Source: Octopus sinensis
Taxonomy: Eukaryota
Direction of reading: 5' to 3'
Length of the DNA stretch: 64,000 nt
Assembly: GCF_006345805.1 (NCBI RefSeq)
Contig: NC_042999.1
Coordinates: forward strand, 171,058,001 to 171,122,000
Positions 39,301 through 52,151 of the stretch are shown here, piece after piece. The notes beneath the pieces are model-generated. The model made no database searches and was not told the origin of the DNA. It was given only the letters and a program-made list of their open reading frames with translations. How positions within the stretch are numbered: the first letter of the stretch is position 1; every line of letters begins with the position of its first letter. A program made the translations under genes and the position numbers.

Positions 39301-40989
39301 ATAATTCTACCTGATGTAGTAATATATTGTATAATTTAACGTATATTTTCTGTACAGATAGCCTGGAAGGTAAGATTAAATTTTAAGATGTACGTACCAG
39401 AATTAGTATATACGCTAATTTATATATTTGAAACAAATAAAGAAAATCTACAGTGAAATAATTAAATTTTAACTATAAAGAGTATTTGAAATAATCATAA
39501 AATAGGCAATTAACATGTTTTAAACTGTTAGATGAAATACCAAATGATTAAATAATATTGTATTTGGATATATCGTTTTAATTAGCATTAGAAAAGAGAA
39601 AACCTATATAAATAATGGGAGCTATCTCATTTGTGTTTTTTTTCTGCGTAAATTAATATACCTCTATCCCAAGTCAAATGACCCCTTTTATGCAGTACAG
39701 ATTTTGCGGAAAGGATTGCAATGTGCAGCAAATAACTGCATGGCGCAATACTGCACTTATTCACAGTAGGTTTACATGGCAAAGATTACCTGGGTGTACT
39801 GGTACCTTCAGCATTTAATTCTTCATTGAGGCACAGATTCCAATATTCTTCATAACGAAAAAGAAATACTGGAGATAGTACAATCATGCCCACAGATATC
39901 AAAACTAAGAACATAACGATTCATTTCCCAGTTACTCTAAGAATCACTGCAACCCAGATGTTGTCATAAGTTTGGAAAAGTGTCATGAGAGGAGAGACGT
40001 GTAGGAAACTTCCGGATGAGGGCACCCAAGTGATAGGACCTAATCCATCAATGCAGCGATGGTGTGATTGTTTATTGCTAGTTAATGCTAGGTACAGGGG
40101 CCCATACATCTGTGTATATGACAAATGCTATCAACATTGAGGGAGAGGAAAACAGCTGCCAATAAATTGTGGCTAGTTGAAGAAAGAGCGTTTTGTTGCC
40201 TCCCGAACAAGCAAGTTATTGATGGGCTGGAAGCTAAGAGAGGTTGAGCAGTAACCAACCATCATGTTGACCTGTCAGCTAGATGAGGTTTATGCCTGAG
40301 ACAAGACTGTCACCAAATAATGCATCCTTCTCGAAGTTGAAACATGTGACAGTTAGATGCAGTCACAGTGAGAACATATTCTAGCATCGCGAATAAATTA
40401 ACCTCATGTTAACACATGCGCGCATACATACTCTTTAGCCACTACACACATTTTTTTCTCTCCTTGTTTATCTCCTTGTTTTTTTCTGTGTCCCATTCTG
40501 TAGAAGAGCGTAGGCTCGAAACGTAAAAGACCATTACTATTCCTGAGCGTTATACTAATACATCTGTTTGTTTTGTACACCACCTGTCTTAGTCCTTTGT
40601 TTTTTTCGTAAACTCTCCCTATATATATATTAGATACACACGCGCACATACATACACCACGCCCTGATGTCATCGATGCACACACGCAAACGCACGAGTG
40701 CATAGACGCTCAAACACCTAAACACCAGGAACATGCGCATACTAGATGCTCAGGCTCACACATAAGATATATACTCGCGCATATGCTCACACCAATGATC
40801 TGCTGTCCCTTATACGTTATAAACTAGCTGTCACAATCACATCCTGTACGACCACGCTGTTAGGAATTCAGATTGAAAACGTCACTTCTATATTGTGCGT
40901 GTTAACCATTAGCAGCCCAATATCCAGAAATCATCTTGGAGCCTCTCCATTTGCATGGAACCGAATGGAACCGAAATTTATTATTAAGT

Positions 40990-40999
40990 AATATATATA

Positions 41000-41068
<69 letters not shown>

Positions 41069-41145
41069 TGTATATATATATATTTTATTTTTATTTTTAT
41101 ATATATATATATAATATATATATATATAAATAAATAAATAAATAA

Positions 41146-41205
<60 letters not shown>
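40990..41205. repeat. Long compound (AT)n/(TAAA)n tract
   Basis: Direct reading of the sequence. Confidence 0.95.
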
Positions 41206-41207
<2 letters not shown>

Positions 41208-41587
41208 TTGCTATTATGCAAACGTGTCGTAAGTTCAACACCTTGCTTTTTCAGAATACGAAAAGATATTTTCACCATTTCATTTCTTTTCACATTAGCA
41301 CCAGTTGCAGCCCGACAATAATACTTTGTTGAATGCATAAAATCGCACCTCCATGCATGTATGATATTTTCAGTCAGAAATAATTTTGCAAAACTCTCGT
41401 ATAACACACTTTTGAAAAATGATAAACCGTTGTACTACACTTTGGCAATTTTCATATCTTGGCATCTGAGGCAGCTGGAGATTCAAGAGCTTGATCAAAA
41501 GAACCGGGTATGGCAAGCAAGATTAAATATTTAATAAAAAGCGCATTTGGAAAATTTGGGTATTCAACAGTTTAACATAATGAAATG

Positions 41588-41633
<46 letters not shown>

Positions 41634-41688
41634 CATAGAGAGAAAGAGAGAGAGTTTCCGTGTGAGTATATGTGTCTGTGTCTGTGTT

Positions 41689-41756
<68 letters not shown>

Positions 41757-41977
41757 GGTATATGTACAGTCATACTTGGCATTTTCCTTTACTGTCACCT
41801 AAATCTCGAGAAATTCTACTTATAGCCACACAAATATAGCCAATAAAGAGAATTAATTCTCGCGAGACGATTTGTACAGCATATTGTCTTCCCATGTCCG
41901 AGTGTACGCAAGCAAGATTATGCATAACTATGCTATGCATAACATTGTTTTATTCAACGGTGCTTCTTGCATCACTA

Positions 41978-42032
<55 letters not shown>

Positions 42033-42059
42033 TACATATATGTGCACATATATATTATC

Positions 42060-42104
42060 ATTCTTCTTCTTCTTCTTCTTCTTCTCTTCTTCTTCTTCTT
42101 CTTC

Positions 42105-42146
<42 letters not shown>

Positions 42147-42162
42147 GTAGTAGTAGTAGTAA
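42060..42162. repeat. Compound trinucleotide microsatellite (TTC)n(TTA)n(TAG)n
   Basis: Direct reading of the sequence. Confidence 0.95.
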
Positions 42163-42351
42163 AAATTTGGGATTTTACCAATAGGGCCTCAACTTCAGTT
42201 TCAGGACAACCTTATTTACTGGAGTACACAGAAAATTATATTCAAAATAATAATTTAATAATCTAAGCATTTTAAAGCCTGCTATAACATACAATAAGAA
42301 TAAAGTATATTAGAATTAACTATAAATTATTTAAACATATTTTTTAAAAAG

Positions 42352-43990
42352 TGAGTCAAACTCAACTGCTGGTCCTGATGTTTTCCCAGCAATCCTCCTC
42401 AAATCGTGTTAACATGCCCTGGCAAAACCTCTCAAGATTCTCTTCCAGAGCTTTCTTACAAATGGCAAACTGCCAAGAAAGCTGAAGAAGGGAATAATAT
42501 GCCCAATACATAAAGGGTGAAGTAGAGCAGATGCCAAAAACTATAGGCCTATCTCTCTGACTTCACACATCAGCAAAGTCATGGAACGGATGTTCAGAGG
42601 GAAACTAATCGCATTCCTTGAAAAAAAATAACTTGCTGAGTGATACCCAACATGGTTTTCGACCAGGTAGGAGCTGCCTGACCCAGCTCTTACAGCATTA
42701 TGACTGGGTGTTGAGGCAGTTACTCAAAAAATCAAATGTGGATGTAATATACCTTGATTTTGCAAAAGTTTTTGACAAGGTGGATTATGGTATGATATGC
42801 CACAAACTGCGTGACCTCGGCATAGCTGGAAAACTTGGAGTGTGGTTACATGACTTCCTGAAAGATAGGAGTCAGGCAGTAGTGGCTAATGGAGCCACCT
42901 CTATGAACACACAAATAGTGAGTGGTGTTCCACAGGGCACTGTCTTGGGACCACTGCTTTTTATAGTGGCCCTCTCAGATATGCCCTCAAATGCCCGGAT
43001 AGCCACTCTGGCAAGCTATGCAGATGATACGAAAGTCTCACAGAAAATACAGAACCCCAGCGATGTTGCACACCTGCAGCAGGAGTTGGACTCAATTTAC
43101 AAATGGGCTGAGGATAATAATATGCAGTTTAATGCTGAAAAATTCCAGGCCCTGCGCTACCAGCATTCAAAGCTGAATATTAAACCTACAGGGTACACCG
43201 GTCCACAGGGAATTTCAATCCCAGAGCCTACGTCAGTGAGCGATCTGGGTATCGACATGAGTGATGATACCTCTTTCCAAGTGCACATTACCAGGATGGC
43301 GATAAAGTGCAGACGACCGGCTGGATGGATCCTAAGAACATTCAGAACGAGAGATAAGGAAACCATGATGGTCCTCTGGCGGACATTCGTCCTCAGCCGC
43401 CTGGATTACTGCTCACAGCTATGGTCACCCACCAGTGTGAGATTAACAGCGGACCTTGAAGCAATCCAGAGAAGATTCACAAAGAAGATCGTCTCTTTGC
43501 AACAGCTCAGCTACTGGGAAAGGTTGAAACAGCTAAGACTCTACTCCCTGGAGAGAAGACGGGAGAAGTATGCAGTAATATATATCTGGAAGATCCTGGA
43601 AGGAATTGTGCCAAATTTTGGCATTGAAAGCTACACCAATTTCAGAACGGGACGACACTGCATGGTGCCAAAGATCTCAGCAATGCCATCACGCTTCAGG
43701 ACCAGTTACTGCAACAGCCTGGGTTTCAAGGGCTCACAGCGTTTTAATATTCTCCAAAAGAGTCTGAGGGACTTGCATAAAGTAGATGTAGGGTTTTTAA
43801 AATCAAAGCTGGACCTTTTCCTGTCGAGAGTCCCAGATGAGCCTACCTCACGGCATGAGGTGCAAATGAGAGTAGCTATATCAATCTCCAAGTGCCACAT
43901 GTTAGAGGAGGCTCCTAGTAATAACAGTGTAGCGCAAAACGGCGGTGCATCAGCATGGCCGCAGCTCTGAACTGAAACTTAAAAAGAAAA
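42352..43990 (+). mobile_element. 5'-truncated CR1-clade LINE (ORF2 RT and C-terminus)
   Basis: AGPD..AILLK, NYRPISLTS..SKVMER, QHGFRPGRSCLTQLL, DVIYLDFAKVFDKV, GVPQGTVLGPLLF, YADDTK, YWERLKQLRLYSLERRR. Two stops and a frameshift upstream of 42618, then open to 43970. Confidence 0.95.
42618..43970 (+). CDS. Open reading frame remnant of CR1 LINE reverse transcriptase (450 aa, lacks endonuclease, non-autonomous)
   Basis: ORF track plus RT motifs with YADD intact. The start is not a true ATG initiation; the frame continues upstream across a frameshift. Confidence 0.85.
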   Translation: MKKNNLLSDTQHGFRPGRSCLTQLLQHYDWVLRQLLKKSNVDVIYLDFAKVFDKVDYGMICHKLRDLGIAGKLGVWLHDFLKDRSQAVVANGATSMNTQIVSGVPQGTVLGPLLFIVALSDMPSNARIATLASYADDTKVSQKIQNPSDVAHLQQELDSIYKWAEDNNMQFNAEKFQALRYQHSKLNIKPTGYTGPQGISIPEPTSVSDLGIDMSDDTSFQVHITRMAIKCRRPAGWILRTFRTRDKETMMVLWRTFVLSRLDYCSQLWSPTSVRLTADLEAIQRRFTKKIVSLQQLSYWERLKQLRLYSLERRREKYAVIYIWKILEGIVPNFGIESYTNFRTGRHCMVPKISAMPSRFRTSYCNSLGFKGSQRFNILQKSLRDLHKVDVGFLKSKLDLFLSRVPDEPTSRHEVQMRVAISISKCHMLEEAPSNNSVAQNGGASAWPQL

Positions 43991-44204
43991 AAATACCTTT
44001 CCTGTTATTAGTCGATGGAGAAAGAAGATAATATTGATCAACACTACACATGTTTCAGCGCTGGTGGTTTGTTTCACCAGGCTATACCTAATGCATATAT
44101 CCGCCTCAGGCCATTTTCCTATTTTTATTATTATTATTAACGGATTCAACTTAATCCTACAAATTCTAAGATATCTTCATTAAAAGTAAGAATATGTATA
44201 TATA

Positions 44205-44249
<45 letters not shown>

Positions 44250-44629
44250 TAACTTGCTAATATATCTTTACAAAATCTAGAAGATTTAAAAAATTGGAAA
44301 CTTAGAAATTATTTTAAAATTCCTGAAAATTTAATAAAATTAAATTAAACACCTAAAATACTGTAGCGATACATATATATAGAAAGTACTAAACATAAAG
44401 AAACCCTCATCGACTATTTTATAAACACGTCAAATTAAACCACCTATTTATATAAACTTTAAGGGAATTAATAATTTGTTGTAAAATTTACCCCTATCAA
44501 TACTAGTGTATTATTATGACAAACAGTATAATATTTAAACAGTAAAAAACCTGTATATATGTTATAAATTTATTGAATAAAACTAGAAATGAAACTATTT
44601 ACCACAATTAACAAAGGAAGAATACTTAC

Positions 44630-44674
44630 CTGCATGTTTGCTCCTTCTTTAAACCGTGCATCTTGTGTCCTGCG
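44630..44674 (-). other. Candidate 45-nt internal exon of an unidentified host gene
   Basis: Acceptor tttctttcccatattacttAG, donor CAG|GTAAGT (consensus). Two frames are open (RRTQDARFKEGANMQ or AGHKMHGLKKEQTC). Protein not recognised. Confidence 0.4.
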
Positions 44675-45371
44675 CTAAGTAATATGGGAAAGAAATACAC
44701 AACTCTAAAAGAATTCTTTAAGACTAATGTCATTTGAGATGTTGAATACAAGGGGATATAATAATAAGATACTCTTATCTATAGGTATAATTGGATTTTT
44801 TTCAGCAATCAAGATTTAGAGATTTATTTTATTCAATATGTGGCCTGTCTAATCCTTTTTAAGGTAACAATCTTTACGTTGATTTCCTGGTTTTAGGTAT
44901 ATACGTATCTAATACTATTATACAATTCTATTAAAAACTACATTTAACTATTTTTTTCATTAATCGTTTAAGAGATAACATACTGTGGGGAGGTTATCTT
45001 TCCATATATTTTTCATTTTATTATACGTAAAGCTATTTTTGTGTCGGCATTTTATAACCCTCTCATCTGTACTGTTCAGTAATACTTCTTTCGACTGGAG
45101 TATAAGTGTGTGTGTGTGCGTGTATATATATATATATGGTGTTAATAATGATGATGAGAACGGAGATTTTTCAGATTCATAATTTTATTAAACAGTTATT
45201 TACAGCATCTTTTCCGGATTTACCAACGAGGGGTAGTTTCCAGATCCTAGCAACTTATTGTCAAATCAGGAAAGAACCGTTGTGGCTATCCGGCGTCTGA
45301 ACCGAATTAAGAGAAAACACAGTGTAACTACCATGACATGTATTTTATATATATATATAATATATATAACT

Positions 45372-45419
<48 letters not shown>

Positions 45420-48164
45420 ATGTATAGTTATATATACATGCATGCATACTTGCATACATACATACATGCACACACACACATCTCCGTGAGTATATGTGTG
45501 CTTGCACATAAATCATTTTAACACATAATGACAGGTAATTCATATTCATCTTCTCTTTTACTTTGTCTATTATCTATTTTCTTCTTTTACGTTTTTCTTT
45601 ATACTTTCTCTTTGTTTCCTTTAGAAGGCAGTTCTGGTTTTTATTTCGATAATTCGATCTTTTATACTATTAATGATGCTTTCTTTCTTTCATTTCTTCT
45701 TGTAAAAATTGTGTTGCTAAATAAAAATCTATTTTAAACGTTCAGTGTCAAAAAAGAGTTATATATTTATGAGTAAATCCGTTAGATATAACTTCCTGTA
45801 GCACTTGTAACACTTTGAAGTTATTAGAATATATAATATATCATCATAATATTCTGCTTTTCCTAAGCAACGGTTATATACTGAAACTGCGCTAACTATA
45901 TTTGATAGTTTTAATACATGTTCTACTTAGTTAATCACGTAAAAAAACACTAAACTGGAATAAGGGAAAAATTATAGTATTTTCCAACCGAAACGGTTCA
46001 TGTATTGGAGAGTGTGGAATAGTGCAATGAGTAATATTTGCTGTATTTTTGTATTTAAGAAAAAAATATTTTTTTTAAATGTTCACTACATTACAACCAC
46101 TATATCAGCTAAGCAAATGACTCTCTTAATGCATTAAAAATACTATAATATATATGCGGAACACTATTTCAGAAAAGTATCCTTGTTCTCAGTTAGAAAT
46201 AGGGATTCAAATTTAGGTGGAGCAAATGAGTAAGAGAAAATAAGGTAAATTTGATACTTCAATTATCAAGAATTACATTTTAAAATAGACCCATACACAT
46301 CAATATCCATCCTTACGACCTAAAGCGTCACAAAATATAAAATTATTGTGGTTAAATGAAGTGGATCACGGGGAAATGGCACATGAAATGATATTAACGG
46401 AACTCGACCAAAGCTAGAATCTCAACATTCTCTATAACTATTTTCATAATTTGTTGGAGTGGGTCTCTTCCTGGTATATATATAGGCACCACACAATTAA
46501 ATAGGAGAAATTATTGAAAATAGTCATTACTTATTTTGCCCCACTTAATAATCAAGTTTTTAAAACTGAATATTATATTAGACTCTAGTGTGGTGAAAAT
46601 TGACTTGGAATCCAACAGGAAAAAGAATATCTATTATTAAACATGATAAATTATCCACATAATTTATTAGCAGCCTCAGTTACAACGGGACCAAATTTGA
46701 GCAAAATACCTACCACCAGACTGTTTCAAACTTTCTTAACTACAGCAACAGCAGCTATACTGACCAAATTTTATTCCCAAAGATGATGCAACAGTACAAA
46801 GTGATGTTGTAATACTTACAGTGTTATGGTATTTAACATGTAGGGAGAAAATACCGAGAATTCAAAAATTTCTATTATATCCAACTACCTCTTTTGGCCA
46901 AACACTATTCATTACGTGCTCTTAGTTTTTGCTTTTGTTACTCTTTTACGCTGATATTGACTTGCTGACGTGTATTGTATTAGTACAACAGTCATTAATC
47001 GTGGTAGTTTAAATAACTTTAGAATCTTATTTTGTGATATTCTGATTGATAAAATCTCTGGGTAACGATTTTACTTTCCGTAATATTTTTTTCTAGCAAC
47101 TGATGCGAATATAAGTGTTATATTCCAATATAATGATATTAAATCTTTCAGAATTATCACTAAATCGATTATTCACAATGAGAAATTTATAATTTTATAA
47201 CTATTAATTATTACTAATTAATAATTGCAATACATTTTTGCATACATTATGGTTGAAGCGTATAGCAAACGGTTCAAACATTTACTTAGTCAACTTAATT
47301 ATAAATTATACCTTACCTACTAGCCAATTCATACATAATTAAGAGCTTATTATAATTACAAATATATTATATTGACGTGTCATGCAGAATAATAATTTGT
47401 CTCCGCTGTAAATTAAGACGTATTAATTACCCTTTCATATTATTTTCTCTTAAGAATATTGTTTCTTACTGCATATAAAGTATATAAACTTACTTCAATC
47501 AATGTAGCTATACCACATAAAATACGGATTGTAGCTAAAAATCAATAATTATTTACAGACTAATGTTCAAATACGACACAAAAATAATACCGTTATGGCA
47601 TGCCGTTATAAATAAATATATCTCCATTATATTAAACCATTCCAGTCACTTTCATCTCTTTATCTCCACTCTCACATTTCAAATAAACATTCTCATTTGA
47701 TCAGTTTGCCACATCGTTTTATTTTCTATACTATTCCCACTCCTGCTTCATACAACCTGAAATATTTACAAATATTCTCATTTTTACTGCGGGATTACAT
47801 ATAGCGCAAAAATAGAAACTGAAGATTGATCGTTTTTATTATATTTACATATAATGTGTGTGAACCCGTTCGCGCGTGTTCGTGTGTGTGTGTGTGTGTG
47901 TGTATGTGTGTGTGTGTGTATATCTGTGTGTATGCGCGCGCGTGTATGCATGTGTGTATGTGCGCGCATGAGTGTGCGTGCGTAAGGAAATGTTTGAGTG
48001 CTCCCCGATCGTGGCTTCCACCGACTTAACACACCTTGTAAAAGCAAATGTAATAATTTCTGGAAAATATATTCGATGATCCCTCAATTAATGTTTGACT
48101 ATGTTTCTCGAAAAAAGTACAAGAAAACAAATACTGATTTTAAATTTTGTTATAAGGCCAGCAG

Positions 48165-48250
48165 TTTTGGGGAAGGGGTAAGTCTATTACCTCGACCCTA
48201 GTTCTCGATTGACACCCATTTCATCGACCCTGAAAGGATGAAAAGCAAGA
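48165..48250 (-). mobile_element. SINE family A fragment, antisense
   Basis: ggggtaagtctattacctcgaccctag..tttcatcgaccctgaaaggatgaaaagcaa. Confidence 0.7.
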
Positions 48251-50942
48251 AAACAAATATTGATAAATATTTGTGTTCAATTGTGTCTGTGTGTGTGTTT
48301 ATGTGTATGCATATATGTGTGTGTGTGCGTGTGTGTGTGTGTGTGTCTTTTCATCATGCCTGTGCCTTACCCGACAAGCGCAATGTCTAGCTAATACCTT
48401 TGCCAAAATAGTTAACACTGCATTTAGCAGACTTATGGGCCTTGAGTTGCTAAAATCCCCCCCTTGGTTCAGATACTTTCTCAGAAACAACATCAGATCT
48501 CTTTTTGGAGGAGTGGGGATTTTCCTGTTCTGCAGCCAGTTGCAAGAAGCATCTGGCAAAATGACCCTGAACATATAATTCATAGCGCAGATCATATAGG
48601 GCCAGTCCTTTTGATTTCTCCATCGTGCTATCCGATTTTTCTTCCCGTAATTAGTCAGCTGTTACCGGAATTTCGTAGAAGTTTGTATTTGCAGTCGACA
48701 TCTATGGCAAGCTATCGAAGTAGGCAGAAAAGTCCTTCACTATCTCTTGCCCAATGTTTACTCTGAACAGTTGGGCGAAGTACCATTAAAAGCCGCGCAC
48801 AATTGCTTCGAATCGTGTAGCATGCCCCATTTCCGCTTCAACAAAGATTGAATTGTATATTTGTTGCCACGCCAAGCCTCTGATATAGGAGCACTCCGGA
48901 CGGCTTTCTCTCCTTCGCATCTTAGAGGACGCGCTCTAGATCTTACAACACAACTTTTGCGCTTAGCGTTGAAGTATTCACGAAGAGCCTGTCACGCTGC
49001 TAGCAAGACAGTCGCCATGTTGGTGTTAAGCGCCGCTTTTAAATTATTGTCTAGTTTACGCTCCACACTTGTAAACTCTACAATTATTTCCTTATTAAAG
49101 CTCATCAACTCTAATCTAACGTCACCTGTCAGGGCCAACCACCTGTTGTCGACGGATGCCTCCCCGTTATCTCCTTAATTACTTCTCTAATCCGGCCACT
49201 ATAAATATCGCACACCGGGAAAGACACTTTTAAGACATGCACGGCGGAAATTCTTGTCTCTCTGGTTGCTATCACCTAAGGTAATTAAGAATGTGATCCT
49301 TTTTCCAGGGCAATTTCATGCCACGAGTATTTAAGCTACCTATTATGAAGAATGCCATGTTGGTTAGAATGAAGGAAAATATATAAGAGGCACTCAGGTT
49401 TCGAAATATTGATTTCTGTTGTGAAGAATCCCTGTAACAACCTGTTCGAATCATGGCTCTTGAGTTCCCAACCTTATGTAGGAAACTCTAATTTCCCTGA
49501 AACACTTAATCGGTAGCCAGCCCAATTTTAGATCCTCTGAAATTTTATCTATGCTTCTTTTCACACTACTCTTCTCTCTGTTTCGTCTATTTGTATTATG
49601 TAAGAGAACAGTCATTTATTTTTTCTTACTACCAACACAAAGTTATTTGTAATTTGTTATTACCGTGAGCGTGTTTGTCTGGACTTGCGTGCTTGTTTTC
49701 TGGTTTTCCAATTGCGTGACCATAGTTGTTCTTCTGGTGTATCTTCTCTCTTTGTTGTTGTCATCGGTTGTAGTAGTAGTGATAGTGCATTTCTTGTAGA
49801 TTTAGCGTTATTCTGGATTGATGCTAGTCATTTTTTTTGTTTTCTTTTCGGCTGTTTAGTTACTGTTTAGCTTTCCTTGCTCCTATCCTCTTCAACGCTT
49901 GTTTTATTATCGGAAGGCTCCACCTCGAACGGAAATAGAGTAACATTTTCTCATGTGTATATATATCCGGTTTTGTGTTTGTACCTGAGGGCAAATAAGG
50001 CTAGTAGTAGTAGTAAAGTGGGAGGAGGAGAAGAGAAAGAGAGAGCATATGCGTGGTGACTACTTTTTGGTTGCCAGTATACTCTGGCACCATAATTGTT
50101 ACTACGAATAGAATTGATGATAATTTTGCTGGTGTTCCTGCTGTTGCTGTTTTTACACTTTCTGCTGCGAATCGAGGGTGTTATCGTTTACTCTGTTGTT
50201 GTTAGTGCTACTTTGGTTCTTCTTATTTTTTCCCTTATTCTTCTTGCTGCTCCATTTGGTACTGTTTCTGTTATTGCAAACTTTTCTAGTTGTTCTTGTT
50301 GTTTTTTGTCTTTTTGTTGTTCAAGTTGGAGCAGCGATTGTTTCACTGGCAGGGGTCATCCTATCTCTTATTCTGCTGTGGTACAGTGGACAGAGAACTC
50401 GGATATGGTTAGTTGTTCCAATGAGGTGCAATCTAAGTTGATACCCTCCACAATTATTCGAAACTCCTCCCTCTTTGGCAAGTAGATAATGTCTGGGATT
50501 CTCTCCAGTTGGCTAGCTTTAGGTAAAGATGGATTTCCAGTGTGATTCCAATCTAGTTTCCCTCCGTAATCCTTTTTAACTCATGCGAATGTCACTACCA
50601 TCGAGAACTACTCACGAGGGTATCCATCAATCATCTTCCTCTGATAGGACTCCGATATCGTAATCTTTACTGTCCTTTATACTAAAATGCTATGTACGAA
50701 ATCCTTGTTGTGGTGAGCGATCACTGAAAGCTATGGTACGTGGGAGAGGTGCCTTGGTCTCGATATATGGTCAATCACCTGCCTTTTTTTATTTCAGCGT
50801 TTGTGGCTGCTCCAGTCAACGTGGTTTGACATCGATATACCTATAAATAATTTCTTTTTCTAGCTGTTGGAGTAAGAGTGTGAGAAGGGAATCAATTTTC
50901 GTAAATGTAGCGTATCTGCTAATTTTGGGCATTAATCACCGG

Positions 50943-50944
<2 letters not shown>

Positions 50945-50980
<36 letters not shown>
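50945..50980. repeat. (AG)n microsatellite inside the Tx1-like ORF1
   Basis: Direct reading of the sequence. Confidence 0.9.
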
Positions 50981-50983
<3 letters not shown>

Positions 50984-51112
50984 AAAAGTCTATTTATAGC
51001 AACCATGCCAGCGAAAGACGCCCTATTATTGTTAGTTCTGCTACTGCCTTGATTCCATTTTTTTCTACCGGTAACTGCCTTTGCTATTGCTACTGCCGGT
51101 AGTAGTTTTCAT

Positions 51113-51497
51113 TAGTGGAGGCGCAATGGCCCAGAGGTTAGGGCAGCGGACTCGCGGTCGTAGGATCGCGGTTTCGATTCCCAGACCGGGCGTTGTGAGT
51201 GTTTATTGAGCGAAAACACCTAAAGCTCCACGAGGCTCCGGCAGGAATGGTTGTGATCCCTGCTGTACTCTTTCACCACAACTTTCTCTCACTCTATCTT
51301 CCTGTTTCTGTTGTACCTGTATTTCAAAGGGCCGGCCTTGTCACTCTCTGTGTCACGCTGAATATCCCCGAGAATTACGTTAAGGGTACACGTGTCTGTG
51401 GAGTGCTCAGCCACTTACACGTTAATTTCACGAGCAGGCTGTTCCGTTGATCGGATCAACCGGAACCCTCGTCTCGTAACCGACGGAGTGCTTCCCA
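51113..51497 (+). mobile_element. Full-length tRNA(Arg)-like SINE (octopus OR-type) with 13-bp TSD
   Basis: Head ggcgcaatggcccagaggttagggcagcggactcgcggtcgtaggatcgcggtttcgattccc with A and B boxes. TSD tagtagttttcat at 51100-51112 and 51498-51510. Confidence 0.92.
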
Positions 51498-52112
51498 TAG
51501 TAGTTTTCATCACTACCACTCTTGCCTACGCTCCTGCGGCAACTCCTGTCACTGCCGCCACCGTCAACTCCTGTGCTATGATTGTCATATCTTCTGCTTC
51601 TGTTACCAACTCCGCCGCTGCTTCAGCTGGTGCGGCTACTTGTTTGCTTTTAGAACTAATGCTTTTGGGCAGCGGCTACTAATGGACTTTGAATCGGGAT
51701 CAATGAATTTTCTCTCCCTTGTTGTAGGTAGAATGTTGTCTTCACTACCATTTCCACTGCTTCTTATAAGGATTTGTTTATGGTATCATTGTTGTTGTTC
51801 TGCCTTCGCTCTCTTGTGATGCTGGCAGTGGCAAGACGCCATCATGCAACTATCTTAATGAAGTAGTTTTTTGACATTTGCGCCGCTATAATCGAAAGAA
51901 ATATAAATAAAATGGAAACGAAATTAATATTACCACTACCGTGCCTTTTATGTTACAATTTTGCGATCCCAGCCTTCACTAGTGATTGGAGTTGATTGGG
52001 TGGGGGATTATTTAATAAATATTAACGAGAGTAAACAAATTATTTCAAACCAAAATTCAGCATAACATCGGTGCCCAAATACACGTCCGAAGAAAACGAT
52101 AACAACAACCAC

Positions 52113-52151
<39 letters not shown>

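Larger units (their letters stand above)
48360..51900 (-). mobile_element. Decayed Tx1/L1-clade LINE (ORF1 remnant plus heavily deleted ORF2)
   Basis: ORF2 start MAFFIIGSLNTRGMK at 49358; linker VVRSRAR..EGEK; RT entry FAQLF..SLP..EKSKGLALYDLRYELY..NWLQNRKIP..NSRPISLLNAVLTILAKVLA; ORF1 IPDIIYL..FRIIVEG plus a frameshifted CCHC knuckle at 50388-50430. Confidence 0.8.

Noticed and set aside
42344-43986. Possible 8-bp TSD ttaaaaag around the CR1 copy
   Set aside because: The downstream copy overlaps the element's natural taaaaga tail, so the match is uninformative.
44040-44115. Minus-strand ctggtga...gctgaaacatgtg, hammerhead-like
   Set aside because: Stem II is inconsistent, the cleavage position is G, and there is no stem I.
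44622-44633. ATACTTACCTG, identical to the U1 snRNA 5' end
   Set aside because: Downstream sequence is not U1. It is simply the reverse complement of a consensus 5' splice site.
51118-51190. tRNA-Arg-like sequence
   Set aside because: There is no complete cloverleaf, and it continues into a SINE body bounded by a TSD. SINE head, not a tRNA gene.
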